Both the position numbers and the translations under genes were made by a program. Shown here one piece after another: positions 1 through 10,169 of a stretch of DNA of 64,000 bases. Numbering within the stretch: the stretch's first letter is position 1; each line of letters begins with the position of its first letter. This DNA comes from an uncultured Clostridia bacterium (GTDB taxonomy: Bacteria; Bacillota; Clostridia; Christensenellales; CAG-917): NCBI GenBank assembly GCA_934233745.1, contig CAKQGN010000001.1, forward strand, positions 258,621 through 322,620. The letters are read 5' to 3'. Under the pieces are notes generated by a model. That model was not told the DNA's origin. It searched no databases and saw only the letters and a program-made list of their open reading frames with translations.

Positions 1-1117
1 AACTTATGCGATAGTGTTTGAAAACAACTGTGCGTATACCCCCGAATATGACAAAAACGGCGAAATCGTGGCAAGTGTTACCTACGACAATTTTGTGCGT
101 TTTTACGGCGACGTATACGGAAACAATCACATGCTTTCCGCAAAGAGAGGACAGGTCAAGGACTATCTTGTCGGCATACATTGGAGCAATGTCAAAATGT
201 CGAATCTGGTCATGAGAGTCAACGACATCGGCGACAATGCGGAAATCACCGATGCGGAAGACACTCAATCGTTTAAGGGAGACGTCGTTGACGTCGAATA
301 CGGACACGACAGACTAAAAGGTATACGCTTCGAATATTGCATATTCGAAAACTCGCGTCAAGGCGTAACCACGTATAACGCAGACATCGAATACGACGGT
401 TGCATTATGCGCAATATGATTCAATGCGCTATGTATATTCCGCAAAGGATTTATCAGGACGAATACGGATATCGTCCGTGGTACTCGCACGTGTCGCTCA
501 ACAACTTCATTTGTTCAAATACGCTCGGTACGCTCATGTCAATCACATATGAGGCATTCACTATGACAAACAGCACAACCGGCAGATTTGTTAAAAACGA
601 CCTCTCTGCAAACGAGGAATTCTTTATGGATACGTTCTATAAAGACGGCATAAACTGCGTTGTCACTCAAACGGGTTTTCTCGACGCATACAACTGGCAG
701 GACATCCGAAATGCAAAACTCATCGATTTGGGCGAGGATCAAAAAGCGTTCAACGATGTCATAGGGAAAATGCTCGGCAATTTGATTGAGGAAAACTCCA
801 CCTTTGCCAATTACAAATTTGCGGCAGCCGACGGCAAGACATACATGCATGTCGCATTCCTTGTCACGGGCATTTCATTCGGTGACGGCATCACCGATGC
901 GCCGACGTATCTCGAACTCGATATGGAAGACAAAAACTATCATTGCATAGACACGCACACGCTCAAAGAAGAGGGTGGCACAGTTGCGGCGACGGCGGCG
1001 AAATTCCTTAAAGGTATGTCCATAAAACTTTACGGTTACGACAATACGTCGCCAATCAATCCGAACACGCCTCCGTATCAGGTCAACAGCGCGTTGATTG
1101 CAAGGATTCACTCGTAA
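1..1117 (+). CDS. hypothetical protein, 5'-truncated by the window edge (possibly carbohydrate-active; function unknown)
   Basis: The frame is open from nt 2 with no stop before the GTG at 14. It ends at 1117 and is followed by a hairpin/T-run terminator. I can name no catalytic motif; neighbours are a GH16 enzyme and an esterase. Confidence 0.55.
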   Translation, partial: TYAIVFENNCAYTPEYDKNGEIVASVTYDNFVRFYGDVYGNNHMLSAKRGQVKDYLVGIHWSNVKMSNLVMRVNDIGDNAEITDAEDTQSFKGDVVDVEYGHDRLKGIRFEYCIFENSRQGVTTYNADIEYDGCIMRNMIQCAMYIPQRIYQDEYGYRPWYSHVSLNNFICSNTLGTLMSITYEAFTMTNSTTGRFVKNDLSANEEFFMDTFYKDGINCVVTQTGFLDAYNWQDIRNAKLIDLGEDQKAFNDVIGKMLGNLIEENSTFANYKFAAADGKTYMHVAFLVTGISFGDGITDAPTYLELDMEDKNYHCIDTHTLKEEGGTVAATAAKFLKGMSIKLYGYDNTSPINPNTPPYQVNSALIARIHS

Positions 1118-1148
1118 TCGAGAAAACTTATTCAAAAGAAACGAATAC

Positions 1149-1183
1149 AAAAAAGAATCTCGCAAATTTGCGAGATTTTTTTT
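1149..1183. terminator. bidirectional intrinsic terminator
   Basis: Stem ATCTCGCAAA/TTTGCGAGAT flanked by an A-run and a T-run, between convergent genes. Confidence 0.8.
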
Positions 1184-1235
1184 GTGTGAGCGTTATAGTT
1201 GTCCGATAGCGGTTTATTTTCGCTCAAACGGATGT

Positions 1236-2132
1236 TCAGAAAGGACGTTGTGTGTAGACTGCAACGTAGTCGACAAGGAAGTCGACGGGGAAAGTGCCTT
1301 CGGGGTTGTCGAATACGCTTTTGGCAAAAACAAAGTCGGGCTTTGCGGCATTTCCGTTTTTCCCGCCCACTTCGACCGAAAGGAACAAGTAGTCGTCCTG
1401 CACCGTGGAAATGAATCTTTTGTCGGTTAGTTCAACGACGAGTTGTCTGTCAAAGTAGAACCGATAGTATTGTTCCGTCCATTCCAACCCGAAAGTATGC
1501 CAACCGTTGTACAGGCGTATATCGGTGTTTTTGACGCGGCTTGAGTTGACGAACATCTCTTTTTTGTAATAGTTTTTGTCGTAATCGCCCACATGCACCG
1601 CACATTGATAGGTATCGATATCGGTGGGCATAATGTTTGTCATCCCGATTGGGTTAAAGTAGGGGGATTCCATGATGTCGATTTCCGCTCCGCAAATGCT
1701 TACGTCGTTTGTCGGACTGTCATTCATCATACCCTGTGGCATAAGCCAGAAAGCAGACCATATTCCGCTTGCCTTGGGAAGGTGACAGCGCGCTTCGTAA
1801 TAACCGAATTTTCTTTCGTATTTGTTCATTGTATCGATTGCGCCGCTGTAGAATTTTCCGTCTTTTTCAACCGTGCGCAACACAAGATAGCCGTTGTCGG
1901 TGAAGGCTTGTTCACTGTCCCAATATCCGCCTTTTCTCACTTCGTGATGAACATTCCATATGCTTGTGTCGAGTTCGCCGTCAAAATCGTCGAAAAACAC
2001 GCGATATTCGTCGCTGTCGCGGTCAATCGCTCTCAAAAGCGCAATATCCGCATCGCATGCAACGAAACATGCAAGACAAATAAAAAGCAAAAACAAAACG
2101 GCAATGTAAAACGCAAATCCTTTTTTGTTCAT
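1236..2132 (-). CDS. glycoside hydrolase family 16 (beta-glucanase/laminarinase-like) lipoprotein
   Basis: GH16 catalytic motif E-I-D-I-M-E (GAEIDIMESP). Lipoprotein-type signal peptide with the lipobox Cys in LACFVAC. GGAGG-like RBS before the ATG. Confidence 0.85.
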   Translation of the reverse strand: MNKKGFAFYIAVLFLLFICLACFVACDADIALLRAIDRDSDEYRVFFDDFDGELDTSIWNVHHEVRKGGYWDSEQAFTDNGYLVLRTVEKDGKFYSGAIDTMNKYERKFGYYEARCHLPKASGIWSAFWLMPQGMMNDSPTNDVSICGAEIDIMESPYFNPIGMTNIMPTDIDTYQCAVHVGDYDKNYYKKEMFVNSSRVKNTDIRLYNGWHTFGLEWTEQYYRFYFDRQLVVELTDKRFISTVQDDYLFLSVEVGGKNGNAAKPDFVFAKSVFDNPEGTFPVDFLVDYVAVYTQRPF

Positions 2133-2280
2133 ATTTTCCCTCCTCTTTTGTATGATACGCTTTTATCTTAAACAAGGTTTGTTGCAAAGTCAATGGCGAA
2201 AAGAGCGCAACAGATGAAACAAACTGACGTTTATGTTTGTTTAATCGAGTAATTTTGCAAAAATGTATCGTAAACAAAGC

Positions 2281-3183
2281 TCAGTTTTCGACAAAAATCA
2301 TTTTTGCAAAATCATAGAGTGCACTGCGCCACACCGATTGGTCGTGACCACCCGCATATTTTTTGCTCAAATGCGCTATATTGTTTTGAGTGAGTTTGCT
2401 GTCGATATGCGGATAGAACAGGCTTGTCGAGGTATCGAGATTGCCGATTGCAAGCATCACGACGTCGAAGATTTTGCCCTCTTCATATCGAAAATCAGGC
2501 ACGGTCGTGTCAAACGATACGGGTTTATCGCCGAATCCGGACGGAGAAAATGCCCCTACATAGTTGAAATAGTCCTGATATTTGAATGCGGTGAGCAAAG
2601 TTTCTCTTCCGCCCATCGAAAAGCCCGCGATAGCGGTGCCGGTTCTATCTGTGAGGGTGGAGTATTGCTCGTTGACGTAGGGCATAATCGAGGTGACTAT
2701 TTCGTCTGCGGTTTTGTCAAACATAGTGCAGTAGTCCTCGGAAAAAATGCTCGGCATCGCGTCGCTTGTGATATTGCTGTCCACGGATACGACAATCATA
2801 GCCGCTGCGTCACCCTCTATTTGCAGGTTTTGAAGCACGTATTTCGCATTGCACATCGTAAGCCAGCTTTTGTATGTGCAGGACATGCCGTGCAAAAGGT
2901 ACAATACGGGATACGCTTTTGTTTCGTCATAGTTTGCAGGCAGGGTAACGTACGCTTTTCGCTCGGTGTTCGTGATGCTTGAAAAATATGTTATTTCAAT
3001 GTCTTCGCCGTAGGCATAACCCTCTTTTTCTTCGTAAAAAAGCGGCTCTGACGGAGGTTCGGGTTCGGGTGTAGGTGTCGGATTAGGCGAAGTAGGTTTT
3101 TCGTTGCAGGCAAAAAGAATGCAACTTGCCGTGCAAATCGTTATGATAAGAATAATAAACCTAAAGATACTTTTTTTGTTCAT
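2281..3183 (-). CDS. secreted esterase (putative esterase / CE1-like alpha/beta hydrolase) lipoprotein
   Basis: Nucleophile elbow GFSMGG and the YLLHG motif. Signal peptide MNKKSIFRFIILIITICTASCILFAC plus a Pro/Thr linker. Start moved to the internal ATG at 3183; the longer ORF to 3306 lacks support. Confidence 0.75.
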   Translation of the reverse strand: MNKKSIFRFIILIITICTASCILFACNEKPTSPNPTPTPEPEPPSEPLFYEEKEGYAYGEDIEITYFSSITNTERKAYVTLPANYDETKAYPVLYLLHGMSCTYKSWLTMCNAKYVLQNLQIEGDAAAMIVVSVDSNITSDAMPSIFSEDYCTMFDKTADEIVTSIMPYVNEQYSTLTDRTGTAIAGFSMGGRETLLTAFKYQDYFNYVGAFSPSGFGDKPVSFDTTVPDFRYEEGKIFDVVMLAIGNLDTSTSLFYPHIDSKLTQNNIAHLSKKYAGGHDQSVWRSALYDFAKMIFVEN

Positions 3184-3381
3184 ATGCAATTTCAAACCGA
3201 TTTCCGCCTTCCTTTGCCTAAATGTAACACACATTGTTTGAGTTTGCAATACTTTACTCGGCAATCGCACATCATTAAAAACAATAAGTATGTTACAAAA
3301 AAACAAGAAACGTCGTGTCTGACGCTTCTTGTTTTGACAATTTGTGGTTTTTATGCAAAAATCGACAATCTAAACCGACAT

Positions 3382-4260
3382 TTATGAATTTTGTTTTTCG
3401 GCAAGCATACGGGAGAGAAACTCTTTTGTGCGTTCTTCCTTGGGGGCGGTGAAGATTTGATCCGGCGTTCCGCTTTCGACAATAACGCCTCCGTCCATAA
3501 ACACAACCTTGTTTGCGACGTCGCGCGCAAAAGTCATTTCATGCGTGACGACGATCATCGTAAGTCCTGCCTCTGCAAGATCTTTCATAACTTCGAGCAC
3601 TTCGCCCACCATTTCGGGATCGAGAGCGGAAGTCGGCTCGTCAAAGAGTATGACTTCGGGGGACATCGCAAGGGCGCGCGCTATAGCCACGCGTTGTTTT
3701 TGTCCGCCCGAGAGTTGACGCGGCTTTGCGTTGACGTATGCGTTCATGCCGACAAGTTCGAGGTATTTCATTGCAACCGCATTTGCCTCGTCCTTTTTCA
3801 TTTTCAACACTTTGCGAGGACCTATAGTGCAGTTTGCAAGCACGTTGAGATTGTTGAATAGGTTGAACGATTGAAAAACCATCGTCACTTTTTCGCGATA
3901 TTTTGCCGCGCTTTTCGTCTTGGTAACGTCTTCGCCGTGGAAAAAGATTTGCCCCGACGAAGGCGTTTCAAATAGATTGATGCAGCGAAGAAGGGTGGAT
4001 TTGCCGCTGCCGGACGAGCCTATGATACAGGTGACGTCTCCTTTTTCCACATCGAAGTCGATGTCTTTAAGCACTTCGTGATTGCCGAAAATCTTGCCCA
4101 GATGACGCACTTCTATTATAGATTCGCTTGCGCTTTCGTTTTGCGTGGTTTCGCTGCAAAGTGTCTGATTTTGAGTATCTGTTTGGGTGTTTTCCATATT
4201 CATTGCTTCGGTGTCGGCAATGTTTGTGCCTGTTTCGGCGGTTATGATTTTTTCGCTCAT
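3382..4260 (-). CDS. polar amino-acid ABC transporter ATP-binding protein with ~45-aa N-terminal extension
   Basis: Walker [10 protein letters not shown], signature LSGGQKQR, Walker [12 protein letters not shown]. Overlaps the permease stop (ATGA-type coupling). Confidence 0.9.
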   Translation of the reverse strand: MSEKIITAETGTNIADTEAMNMENTQTDTQNQTLCSETTQNESASESIIEVRHLGKIFGNHEVLKDIDFDVEKGDVTCIIGSSGSGKSTLLRCINLFETPSSGQIFFHGEDVTKTKSAAKYREKVTMVFQSFNLFNNLNVLANCTIGPRKVLKMKKDEANAVAMKYLELVGMNAYVNAKPRQLSGGQKQRVAIARALAMSPEVILFDEPTSALDPEMVGEVLEVMKDLAEAGLTMIVVTHEMTFARDVANKVVFMDGGVIVESGTPDQIFTAPKEERTKEFLSRMLAEKQNS

Positions 4261-5039
4261 TGTTCGTTTCCCCCCATTGCCTTGTTTTCGCGCGCCATGG
4301 ACTCTGCGTCCATATTTTGCGAACCCATAATTTGATAATCTTTTTTGCCGTCCATTTTCTTTTCGATGAGACGCAAAATTCGAGTTATAGTAAATGTAAG
4401 CACAAAGTAGATTGCCGCAATCACAAGATAGGTTTCAAATGTTTGATATGTGGAAAGCACAATGGATTTACCATAGAAGAACAGCTCTGTGAATCCGATG
4501 ACGTTTAGCACCGACGTATCCTTGATGTTGATGACAAATTCGTTTGCGACGCTGGGCATAATGTTGCGCAACGATTGTGGCAGAACGATGTTCCACATAG
4601 TTTGCGAGTGCGTCATACCGATTGCTTGCGCGCCCTCGAATTGACCTTTGTCGATTGAGATGATGCCGCCTCTGACGATTTCCGCCATATACGCGCCCGT
4701 GTTTATGGATACGATAATCAAACCTGCAAGCGTGACGTTCATCGTGCTGCCGTTGTTGATAAGCGCAAAGCCCCAGAAAATAACCATTGCCTGCACCATC
4801 ATAGGCGTGCCGCGGAATATCTCGATGTACGCCGACAAGATGAAGTCGCCGATTTTTTTGAGCGCCGCCAAAAACTTGTTTTTGGGAGTGTCGAGAGTGC
4901 GATACATACCTATCAAAACACCGATAAGCAAGCCGACTATCGTGCCGACGATTGCCACCAACATAGTGTATCCCACACCTTTGAGAATCCACTTGTAGTA
5001 GGTGGAAATTATATTACCGATTCTTTCAAAAAAGCTCAT
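4257..5039 (-). CDS. polar amino-acid ABC transporter permease (HisM/GlnP family)
   Basis: Multi-TM protein with the EAA-like loop ([26 protein letters not shown]) and the EIFRGTP motif typical of this family. Confidence 0.85.
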   Translation of the reverse strand: MSFFERIGNIISTYYKWILKGVGYTMLVAIVGTIVGLLIGVLIGMYRTLDTPKNKFLAALKKIGDFILSAYIEIFRGTPMMVQAMVIFWGFALINNGSTMNVTLAGLIIVSINTGAYMAEIVRGGIISIDKGQFEGAQAIGMTHSQTMWNIVLPQSLRNIMPSVANEFVINIKDTSVLNVIGFTELFFYGKSIVLSTYQTFETYLVIAAIYFVLTFTITRILRLIEKKMDGKKDYQIMGSQNMDAESMARENKAMGGNEQ

Positions 5040-5051
5040 AGTTATCCTTTG

Positions 5052-5903
5052 TTAGTTGTTTTGCGTTGACCAAAGTTTTGCGTTTTCCATCATTTGTTCG
5101 CGTTCGGCTGTCGAAATTGAGGCAAGAGCCGCGTTGACAGCGTCTTTGTATTTGCTACCTTTTTTCATACCTATTGCGATTTGAGTGTCCTTGTCGCTTG
5201 CGGTAAATCCGGTTGAGTTGTTTTTGAGGGGAATGTAGACAAAATCGGGATTTGCAGCACAGTCGGCAATCGCACCCGGCTCTTCTGCAACGTATCCGTC
5301 AAGGTCTTTCGAGTTTTTGAGAGCATTGACCATAGCAGGGAAAGATTCCAACGGGGTTGCGCGCTTATAACCGATAGCGGTCGCTTGAGCCTCCAATGCT
5401 CTGTCATGGAAAGTTCCGTTTTGAGCCACTAGAGTTGCGCCTCTGAAGTCTGCAAGAGTGGTTGCGTGTGCATAGTTGCCCGACTTTTTCACGACAAGCA
5501 CAAGGTTGCTTTGATAGTATGCGTCCGAAAAGTCGATTGCCTTGAGTCTTTCTGCCGTGGGACTCATACCTGCAATGATAAAGTCAAGCGTGCCTGTTGT
5601 TACACCTGGCAGAAGCGCATCCCAATCAAGTTTTTTGATGACGAGTTTTTTGCCCATAGAATCGGCAATGCGTTGTGCGATTTGAATGTCATAGCCGTTG
5701 GCATAGCCCTCGGCGTTTGAAATCTTCACGGCATTGTTGGCATCTGTGGTTTGAGTGAAGTTGAAGGGAATGTAGCCACATTCTAGTCCGATGACAATCG
5801 AATCTGAGTCTTTTTGGTTGCATGCGGCAAAGGACAAAATTCCAAATGCCAAAACTGCAACGAGCAGTAGGGTTGCGAAAATGCTTGTGAGAGTCTTTTT
5901 CAT
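5052..5903 (-). CDS. amino-acid ABC transporter substrate-binding lipoprotein
   Basis: Start set at the ATG at 5903 (RBS AGGAGA). Lipobox in ILSFAACNQ. Family-3 SBP-like sequence (LDFIIAGMSPTAERL). First gene after the lysine riboswitch. Confidence 0.8.
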   Translation of the reverse strand: MKKTLTSIFATLLLVAVLAFGILSFAACNQKDSDSIVIGLECGYIPFNFTQTTDANNAVKISNAEGYANGYDIQIAQRIADSMGKKLVIKKLDWDALLPGVTTGTLDFIIAGMSPTAERLKAIDFSDAYYQSNLVLVVKKSGNYAHATTLADFRGATLVAQNGTFHDRALEAQATAIGYKRATPLESFPAMVNALKNSKDLDGYVAEEPGAIADCAANPDFVYIPLKNNSTGFTASDKDTQIAIGMKKGSKYKDAVNAALASISTAEREQMMENAKLWSTQNN

Positions 5904-5959
5904 AATTGTTTCTCCTGCGAAAAGTATTTTACAAATCGACGGTAGGCGACATCGAGGAT

Positions 5960-6172
5960 AAAAAAATCCGCAATGCCAACAACATTGCGGATATAAAATA
6001 TCGCTCAACGTTGATAGCGCTCCACCTTTAAGGTGACAGTACAACGCATATTCTGCGTTGTCCCAAGAAAGATCGTTTCAGACCAAACAAGTCTTTCTTT
6101 CGGCGGATTTTCCTTTGCCACCGCGACGAAGTCTGCGCCGTCGGCTTATCATAAAATCCGCACCTCTATCGA
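5960..6172 (-). promoter_or_regulatory. lysine riboswitch (L-box) with intrinsic terminator
   Basis: The minus strand reads GATAGAGGTGCGG...GCCGAAAG...TGGGAC...ACTGTCACCTTAAAGGTGGAGCGCTATC. P1 is GATAG/CTATC. The conserved L-box blocks AGAGGUGCG, GCCGAA, CUGUCA and GGAG(A/C)GCU are present. It is followed by the terminator ATCCGCAATG-N7-CATTGCGGAT plus T7 (5961-5992). Confidence 0.8.
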
Positions 6173-6401
6173 GATGATGTACAAAGTTTAGCACGCCGCT
6201 TGCTTAAAGTCCAGCGTTTATGACAAGTTTTTTTCACAAAAAAATATTCTTTTGTCGCTTGCTTTCATGTCGTCATTGCAAAAGTGCGACGACATTGCAT
6301 TGCGACTTGACAAGAAAAGTAACGAAACAAAAATCACAAAAACGCTTGTCTATGTCGCAAAAATGATGTAATATAAGTGAGCAAAACAAATTTAACCTCA
6401 T

Positions 6402-6477
<76 letters not shown>

Positions 6478-6479
6478 CC

Positions 6480-6511
6480 AAAATACCATACATTTTGTAT
6501 GGTATTTTTTT
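6480..6511 (+). terminator. intrinsic terminator after tRNA-Ala
   Basis: Stem ATACCATAC/GTATGGTAT followed by T7. Confidence 0.8.
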
Positions 6512-6558
6512 GTTTATTTTTTGTTTGTGTTTCATAGATATATGGCGATTTTTGGGCG

Positions 6559-6587
6559 TTGACTTTGTGTTTGGGGGAAAGTATAAT
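6559..6587 (+). promoter_or_regulatory. sigma-70-type promoter of the alkaline phosphatase gene
   Basis: TTGACT - 17 nt - TATAAT. Confidence 0.65.
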
Positions 6588-6609
6588 TTGGATATAAGGC
6601 GGTGAAGAT

Positions 6610-7761
6610 ATGAAAAAACATTTGTTGAAAATCGCAAGTTTGATATTTGTGCTGGCACTGGTGTTGGCAACGTTTGCGGCATGTTCGGCATCGGGCGGCG
6701 CAGGCGGCGTGGTGGACGCGCTCAACGTCGAGTGCAAAGAGGGTGCAAAGGTCAAGAACTTCATATACGTTATCGGTGACGGGATGGGGCTTGAACACAT
6801 TGCGGCAGGCGCGATGACAAGCGGCGAGGCTTGCACATTCGGGGACTGGAAGAGAGCGTCCGTCAACACGGATTCGCTCACGAGCATCAAGTTCAGAGCG
6901 ACGAAAACAACCGACTCTGCGGCGGCAGGCACTGCGCTTGCAACGGGAGTTCTGACCAAAAACGGGCGCATAGGCAAGGACAAGGACGGCAGGGATACCG
7001 TAACCATTCTTGACGTTGCCAAAAGCAAAGGCAAAGCCACGGGTATCGTGACGTCGGACAAATTGAGCGGAGCAACGCCTGCATCGTTCAGCGCGCACGC
7101 AATGAGCCGCAAGGACACCGACGATATCATTGCAAGCCAAATCAAGTCGGGCGTGGATTTGTTGTGCGGAGCGTCAAGCGACTCTTACGCAAAGAAACAG
7201 GGCAGTATCGAGCAAGAGGGATATGCGTTTTGCAGCGATTTTGGGAGCAGACAAGCCGTGCTTGACGCACAAAAGGCGTACTGTCTGTTCGATATGGGCG
7301 GCAACGGCGGCACGGTGTCTTTGAAAGACGCAAGCAAGTTTGCAATCGACTTTTTAGCAAAGGACGAGGACGGTTTTGTGCTGATGATCGAGCAGGCGCA
7401 CGTTGACAAATATTCGCACAAAAACGACTTCGGCAATATGGTCAAAGCAATGAAGGCACTCAACGATACCATTGCTATGATTCTTGATTGGATAGGGGAT
7501 AGAAACGACACCGCAATCATCGTCACCGCCGACCACGAAACGGGCGGATTGAGCGTGAGCAAGCAAAACAATCTTCCAAACAAGTACGACTCTGCAAGCG
7601 GCACGGTCTACTATGCGTGGGAAAAGAAATCGCACTCCGATTCGGACGTCGGAGCGTTCTTCTTCGGCATCGACTTCAAAGTGGCGGATTATTCCTATTT
7701 CAACTCGGAATTTTTGCTTAAAAACTGCGATATTCCCAAAATCATAAAAGCACATATTTAA
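6610..7761 (+). CDS. alkaline phosphatase family lipoprotein
   Basis: Motifs IGDGMG, TDSAAAGTA (active-site Ser) and TADHETGG. Lipobox LATFAACSA. Confidence 0.9.
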   Translation: MKKHLLKIASLIFVLALVLATFAACSASGGAGGVVDALNVECKEGAKVKNFIYVIGDGMGLEHIAAGAMTSGEACTFGDWKRASVNTDSLTSIKFRATKTTDSAAAGTALATGVLTKNGRIGKDKDGRDTVTILDVAKSKGKATGIVTSDKLSGATPASFSAHAMSRKDTDDIIASQIKSGVDLLCGASSDSYAKKQGSIEQEGYAFCSDFGSRQAVLDAQKAYCLFDMGGNGGTVSLKDASKFAIDFLAKDEDGFVLMIEQAHVDKYSHKNDFGNMVKAMKALNDTIAMILDWIGDRNDTAIIVTADHETGGLSVSKQNNLPNKYDSASGTVYYAWEKKSHSDSDVGAFFFGIDFKVADYSYFNSEFLLKNCDIPKIIKAHI

Positions 7762-7886
7762 GTTTAAAAAAAAGAGGAAAACGATAAAAACCGTATTTGA
7801 AAAGAAAAATCAAGACGTATGACAATCAAAAAGCGGCGGAAAATCCGTCGCTTTTTCGATTGCGTTTTAGGCTTTTGGCTCTTGAA

Positions 7887-9008
7887 TCAGAAAATCTTGA
7901 TTGCGCCTGTCGTGTTGAGGATAAGAAGCACAACGTATGTCACATAGCCTGCAAGCAACAGCACTCCTTGCCAACGTTTGAATTTGCCCATAACAAGAGG
8001 TGGAATGAGCGCAAATCCTGCCACGGCAAGGCAGAAGGGAAAATCGATTGTGAGCGATTGAGGGTCTACAGGCAGGGGATTGCCGGTTTTGCCCATTGTG
8101 ATGAATGTGCAAATTGGAAGAATCAAGGACAGGTCGATGATGTTTGCTCCGATGATATTGCCGACGGACAAGTCGGATTTCTTTTTTACAATGGCAGTGA
8201 TTGCGGTGACAAGTTCGGGCAAAGAAGTCCCGACCGCAAGTATAGTGACGCCGATTATGCCTTCGGGGACTTTGAGCGCACGGGCAAGCTCCGCACCGTT
8301 GTCGCACATAAGTTGCGCGCCGACAAAAATCGTTGCCGCACCGAGAACAAACAGAACAACGTTTTTTGCGATGTCCTTTTTCTCGATGACCATGCCCGTT
8401 TTTTTGAGGACTATTTTTTTGCTTTCCTGCTTTTGGAAGTATGAAAACAAAATACCCTCGCCCTTTGTTTTGTTTTCATCTATGCTTTCAAAGCCTTTGT
8501 CGTTGATTAGAGTTTGGGAATGTTTTTTTGCGCTTATGACGTTTTCGATAAGGAACAGCACAAACATTGCAAGTATGATGATTGCGTTCCACCAATTAAA
8601 TTCGCCGCGTGCGCTGAGTCCCCACAGAAGAGCGATTGTGCCAAGCAAAATCGCAACCTTAAAAACGTAGTCTTTGCGTTTGAAAGCAGGGGCGGTGAAC
8701 ACAAGCGAGATTGCCATGATAAGAGCAATATTGCAGTTGACCGAGCCGACTGCGTTGCCGATTGCCATAGACGCCTGACCTTGCGCCGCAGATATGCTCG
8801 AAACCAAAATTTCGGGTATCGTCGTTGCGACGCTGACGATTGTCGCGCCGATGATAAAAGTCGGGATGCCGGACACCTCGGCAATCCAACTTGCCGCGTC
8901 CACAAACCAATCCCCGCCTTTGACGACAAAGATGATGCCGAGCGCAAGCAGGATGATATATGCCGCCATGCCGTTGCCTTCCATCATGGATAGTGTTGAA
9001 ACAATCAT
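7887..9008 (-). CDS. calcium/sodium antiporter (CaCA / YrbG family)
   Basis: Two alpha-repeats (GATIVSVATTIPE...GNAVGS and GTSLPELVTAI...GNIIGANI); about 10 TM segments. Confidence 0.85.
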   Translation of the reverse strand: MIVSTLSMMEGNGMAAYIILLALGIIFVVKGGDWFVDAASWIAEVSGIPTFIIGATIVSVATTIPEILVSSISAAQGQASMAIGNAVGSVNCNIALIMAISLVFTAPAFKRKDYVFKVAILLGTIALLWGLSARGEFNWWNAIIILAMFVLFLIENVISAKKHSQTLINDKGFESIDENKTKGEGILFSYFQKQESKKIVLKKTGMVIEKKDIAKNVVLFVLGAATIFVGAQLMCDNGAELARALKVPEGIIGVTILAVGTSLPELVTAITAIVKKKSDLSVGNIIGANIIDLSLILPICTFITMGKTGNPLPVDPQSLTIDFPFCLAVAGFALIPPLVMGKFKRWQGVLLLAGYVTYVVLLILNTTGAIKIF

Positions 9009-9201
9009 AATTCCGCTCCCTTGCGCGTTTTACGCACCGCTATAAAGTAGCACTTTGCTCTCAAAAAGTCAAGAGCGACAATGCAATGCAACGAGCTTTT
9101 TTCCTCGTCAAAATAACTTTGGGTTTGTTATCTTGCAAAACACGATATGTGCCGACATTAAAACAGCCGCTCGGCGAGCGGCTGTTTTGGGTAAACTCAA
9201 A

Positions 9202-9870
9202 TTATTTGTTTTTTGTTTCGTCGAGAAGAGCGGTTGCCTTGTCAACTTGTTGTGCTTTGAGAAGGTCGCGGATTTCGCGGAGCAAATCGTCCGTCGTTTC
9301 GGGCTTGTTTTGAGCAGCTTTTGCCGCTTCTTCTTCCGCCGCTTTTGCGGCTTGCTCGTCACGAGCCGCTTTGATTGCTCTCAGTTCTTTCTTTGTCGCA
9401 AATCTGCCTTTGATTGTGGCTTTCTCTTCGGGTGTGAGCGATTCGAGGAATTTGGTGTCGCGTTTAAGTCCCGTAAATCCGCCGCGAACCATGTTTATGA
9501 GTTTGACCATTGCAAACAACACAAGCGCGGTGATAAGGAAGTTTATGATTGCCATTATAAACGCGCCCCAGTCGATGTACACGGACTTGGACATGTCCGT
9601 CACAAACGCGATGCCTTGTTTTGCGCATTCCGCTGCCGTAAGACCATCGGCATTTTTTGCAACGAGCATTGTGATAAGGCCTTGCAAATCACCCATCGGG
9701 ATTGCGTTGATGAGAGGCTTGAATATGCTGTTGACAAGAGCGGTTACGATTGCGGTGAATGCTGCACCTATAATCATACCAACTGCAAGATCGACAACGT
9801 TGCCTTTTGTTATGAACGCTTTGAATTCTTTGAGAAGCTTGAATTCGGGCTTCTTGAAATCTTTTTTCAT
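9202..9870 (-). CDS. mscL: large-conductance mechanosensitive channel MscL with a long charged C-terminal extension
   Basis: N-terminus KEFKAFITKGNVVDLAVGMIIGAAF is the MscL signature. Start set at the ATG at 9870. The protein is 222 aa because of a Lys/Ala/Glu-rich tail. Confidence 0.9.
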   Translation of the reverse strand: MKKDFKKPEFKLLKEFKAFITKGNVVDLAVGMIIGAAFTAIVTALVNSIFKPLINAIPMGDLQGLITMLVAKNADGLTAAECAKQGIAFVTDMSKSVYIDWGAFIMAIINFLITALVLFAMVKLINMVRGGFTGLKRDTKFLESLTPEEKATIKGRFATKKELRAIKAARDEQAAKAAEEEAAKAAQNKPETTDDLLREIRDLLKAQQVDKATALLDETKNK

Positions 9871-9996
9871 AAAAGTTATCTCTCCTATCGTTGATGCAAA
9901 AAACAATATAGTACTTTTGGTATTTTAAGTCAAGAAAATGACAAATTTGACGAGTTTTTTCCATGTTGACGAATTTTCCGATATTGTGCAAAACAA

Positions 9997-10025
9997 TTGA
10001 CTAAATCTCCGCCTAGGCATACAAT
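9997..10025 (+). promoter_or_regulatory. sigma-70-type promoter upstream of the TPP riboswitch
   Basis: TTGACT - 17 nt - TACAAT. Confidence 0.65.
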
Positions 10026-10029
10026 AGGT

Positions 10030-10169
10030 GTCGCTAGGGGTGCTGTAAAGCTGAGATGATACCCTCAAACTTGTGAGTTAATCCTCGCGTAAGGAAGCAA
10101 AAACAACGAAAGTTTCGATATTGCCTTTTCTTTTCAAGTTCTCCTAAGCACAGGTTAGGAGATTTTTTT
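10030..10169 (+). promoter_or_regulatory. TPP (THI-box) riboswitch with terminator / SD-sequestering hairpin
   Basis: Aptamer GCTAGGGGTGC...GCTGAGA...ACCC...ACTTGTGAGTTAATCCTCGCGTAAGGAAGC. The hairpin TCTCCTAA-N7-TTAGGAGA plus T7 ends 1 nt before the ATG and contains the AGGAGA SD. Confidence 0.85.

Noticed and set aside
5960-6172. T-box leader upstream of the amino-acid ABC operon.
   Set aside because: GGTGGAGCGCT superficially resembles the T-box core. However, the 5' AGAGGTGCG, the GCCGAAAG and ACTGTCA blocks and the P1 pairing GATAG/CTATC fit the lysine riboswitch much better. No specifier-loop or stem I features were found.
6610-7761. Alkaline-phosphatase-superfamily gene as the missing sulfatase partner of the AnSME-like enzyme.
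   Set aside because: Its active-site region is TDSAAAG with the DGMG and DHETGG metal ligands (true alkaline phosphatase). There is no C/S-x-P-x-R formylglycine motif, and it is 7 kb away on an unrelated transcription unit.
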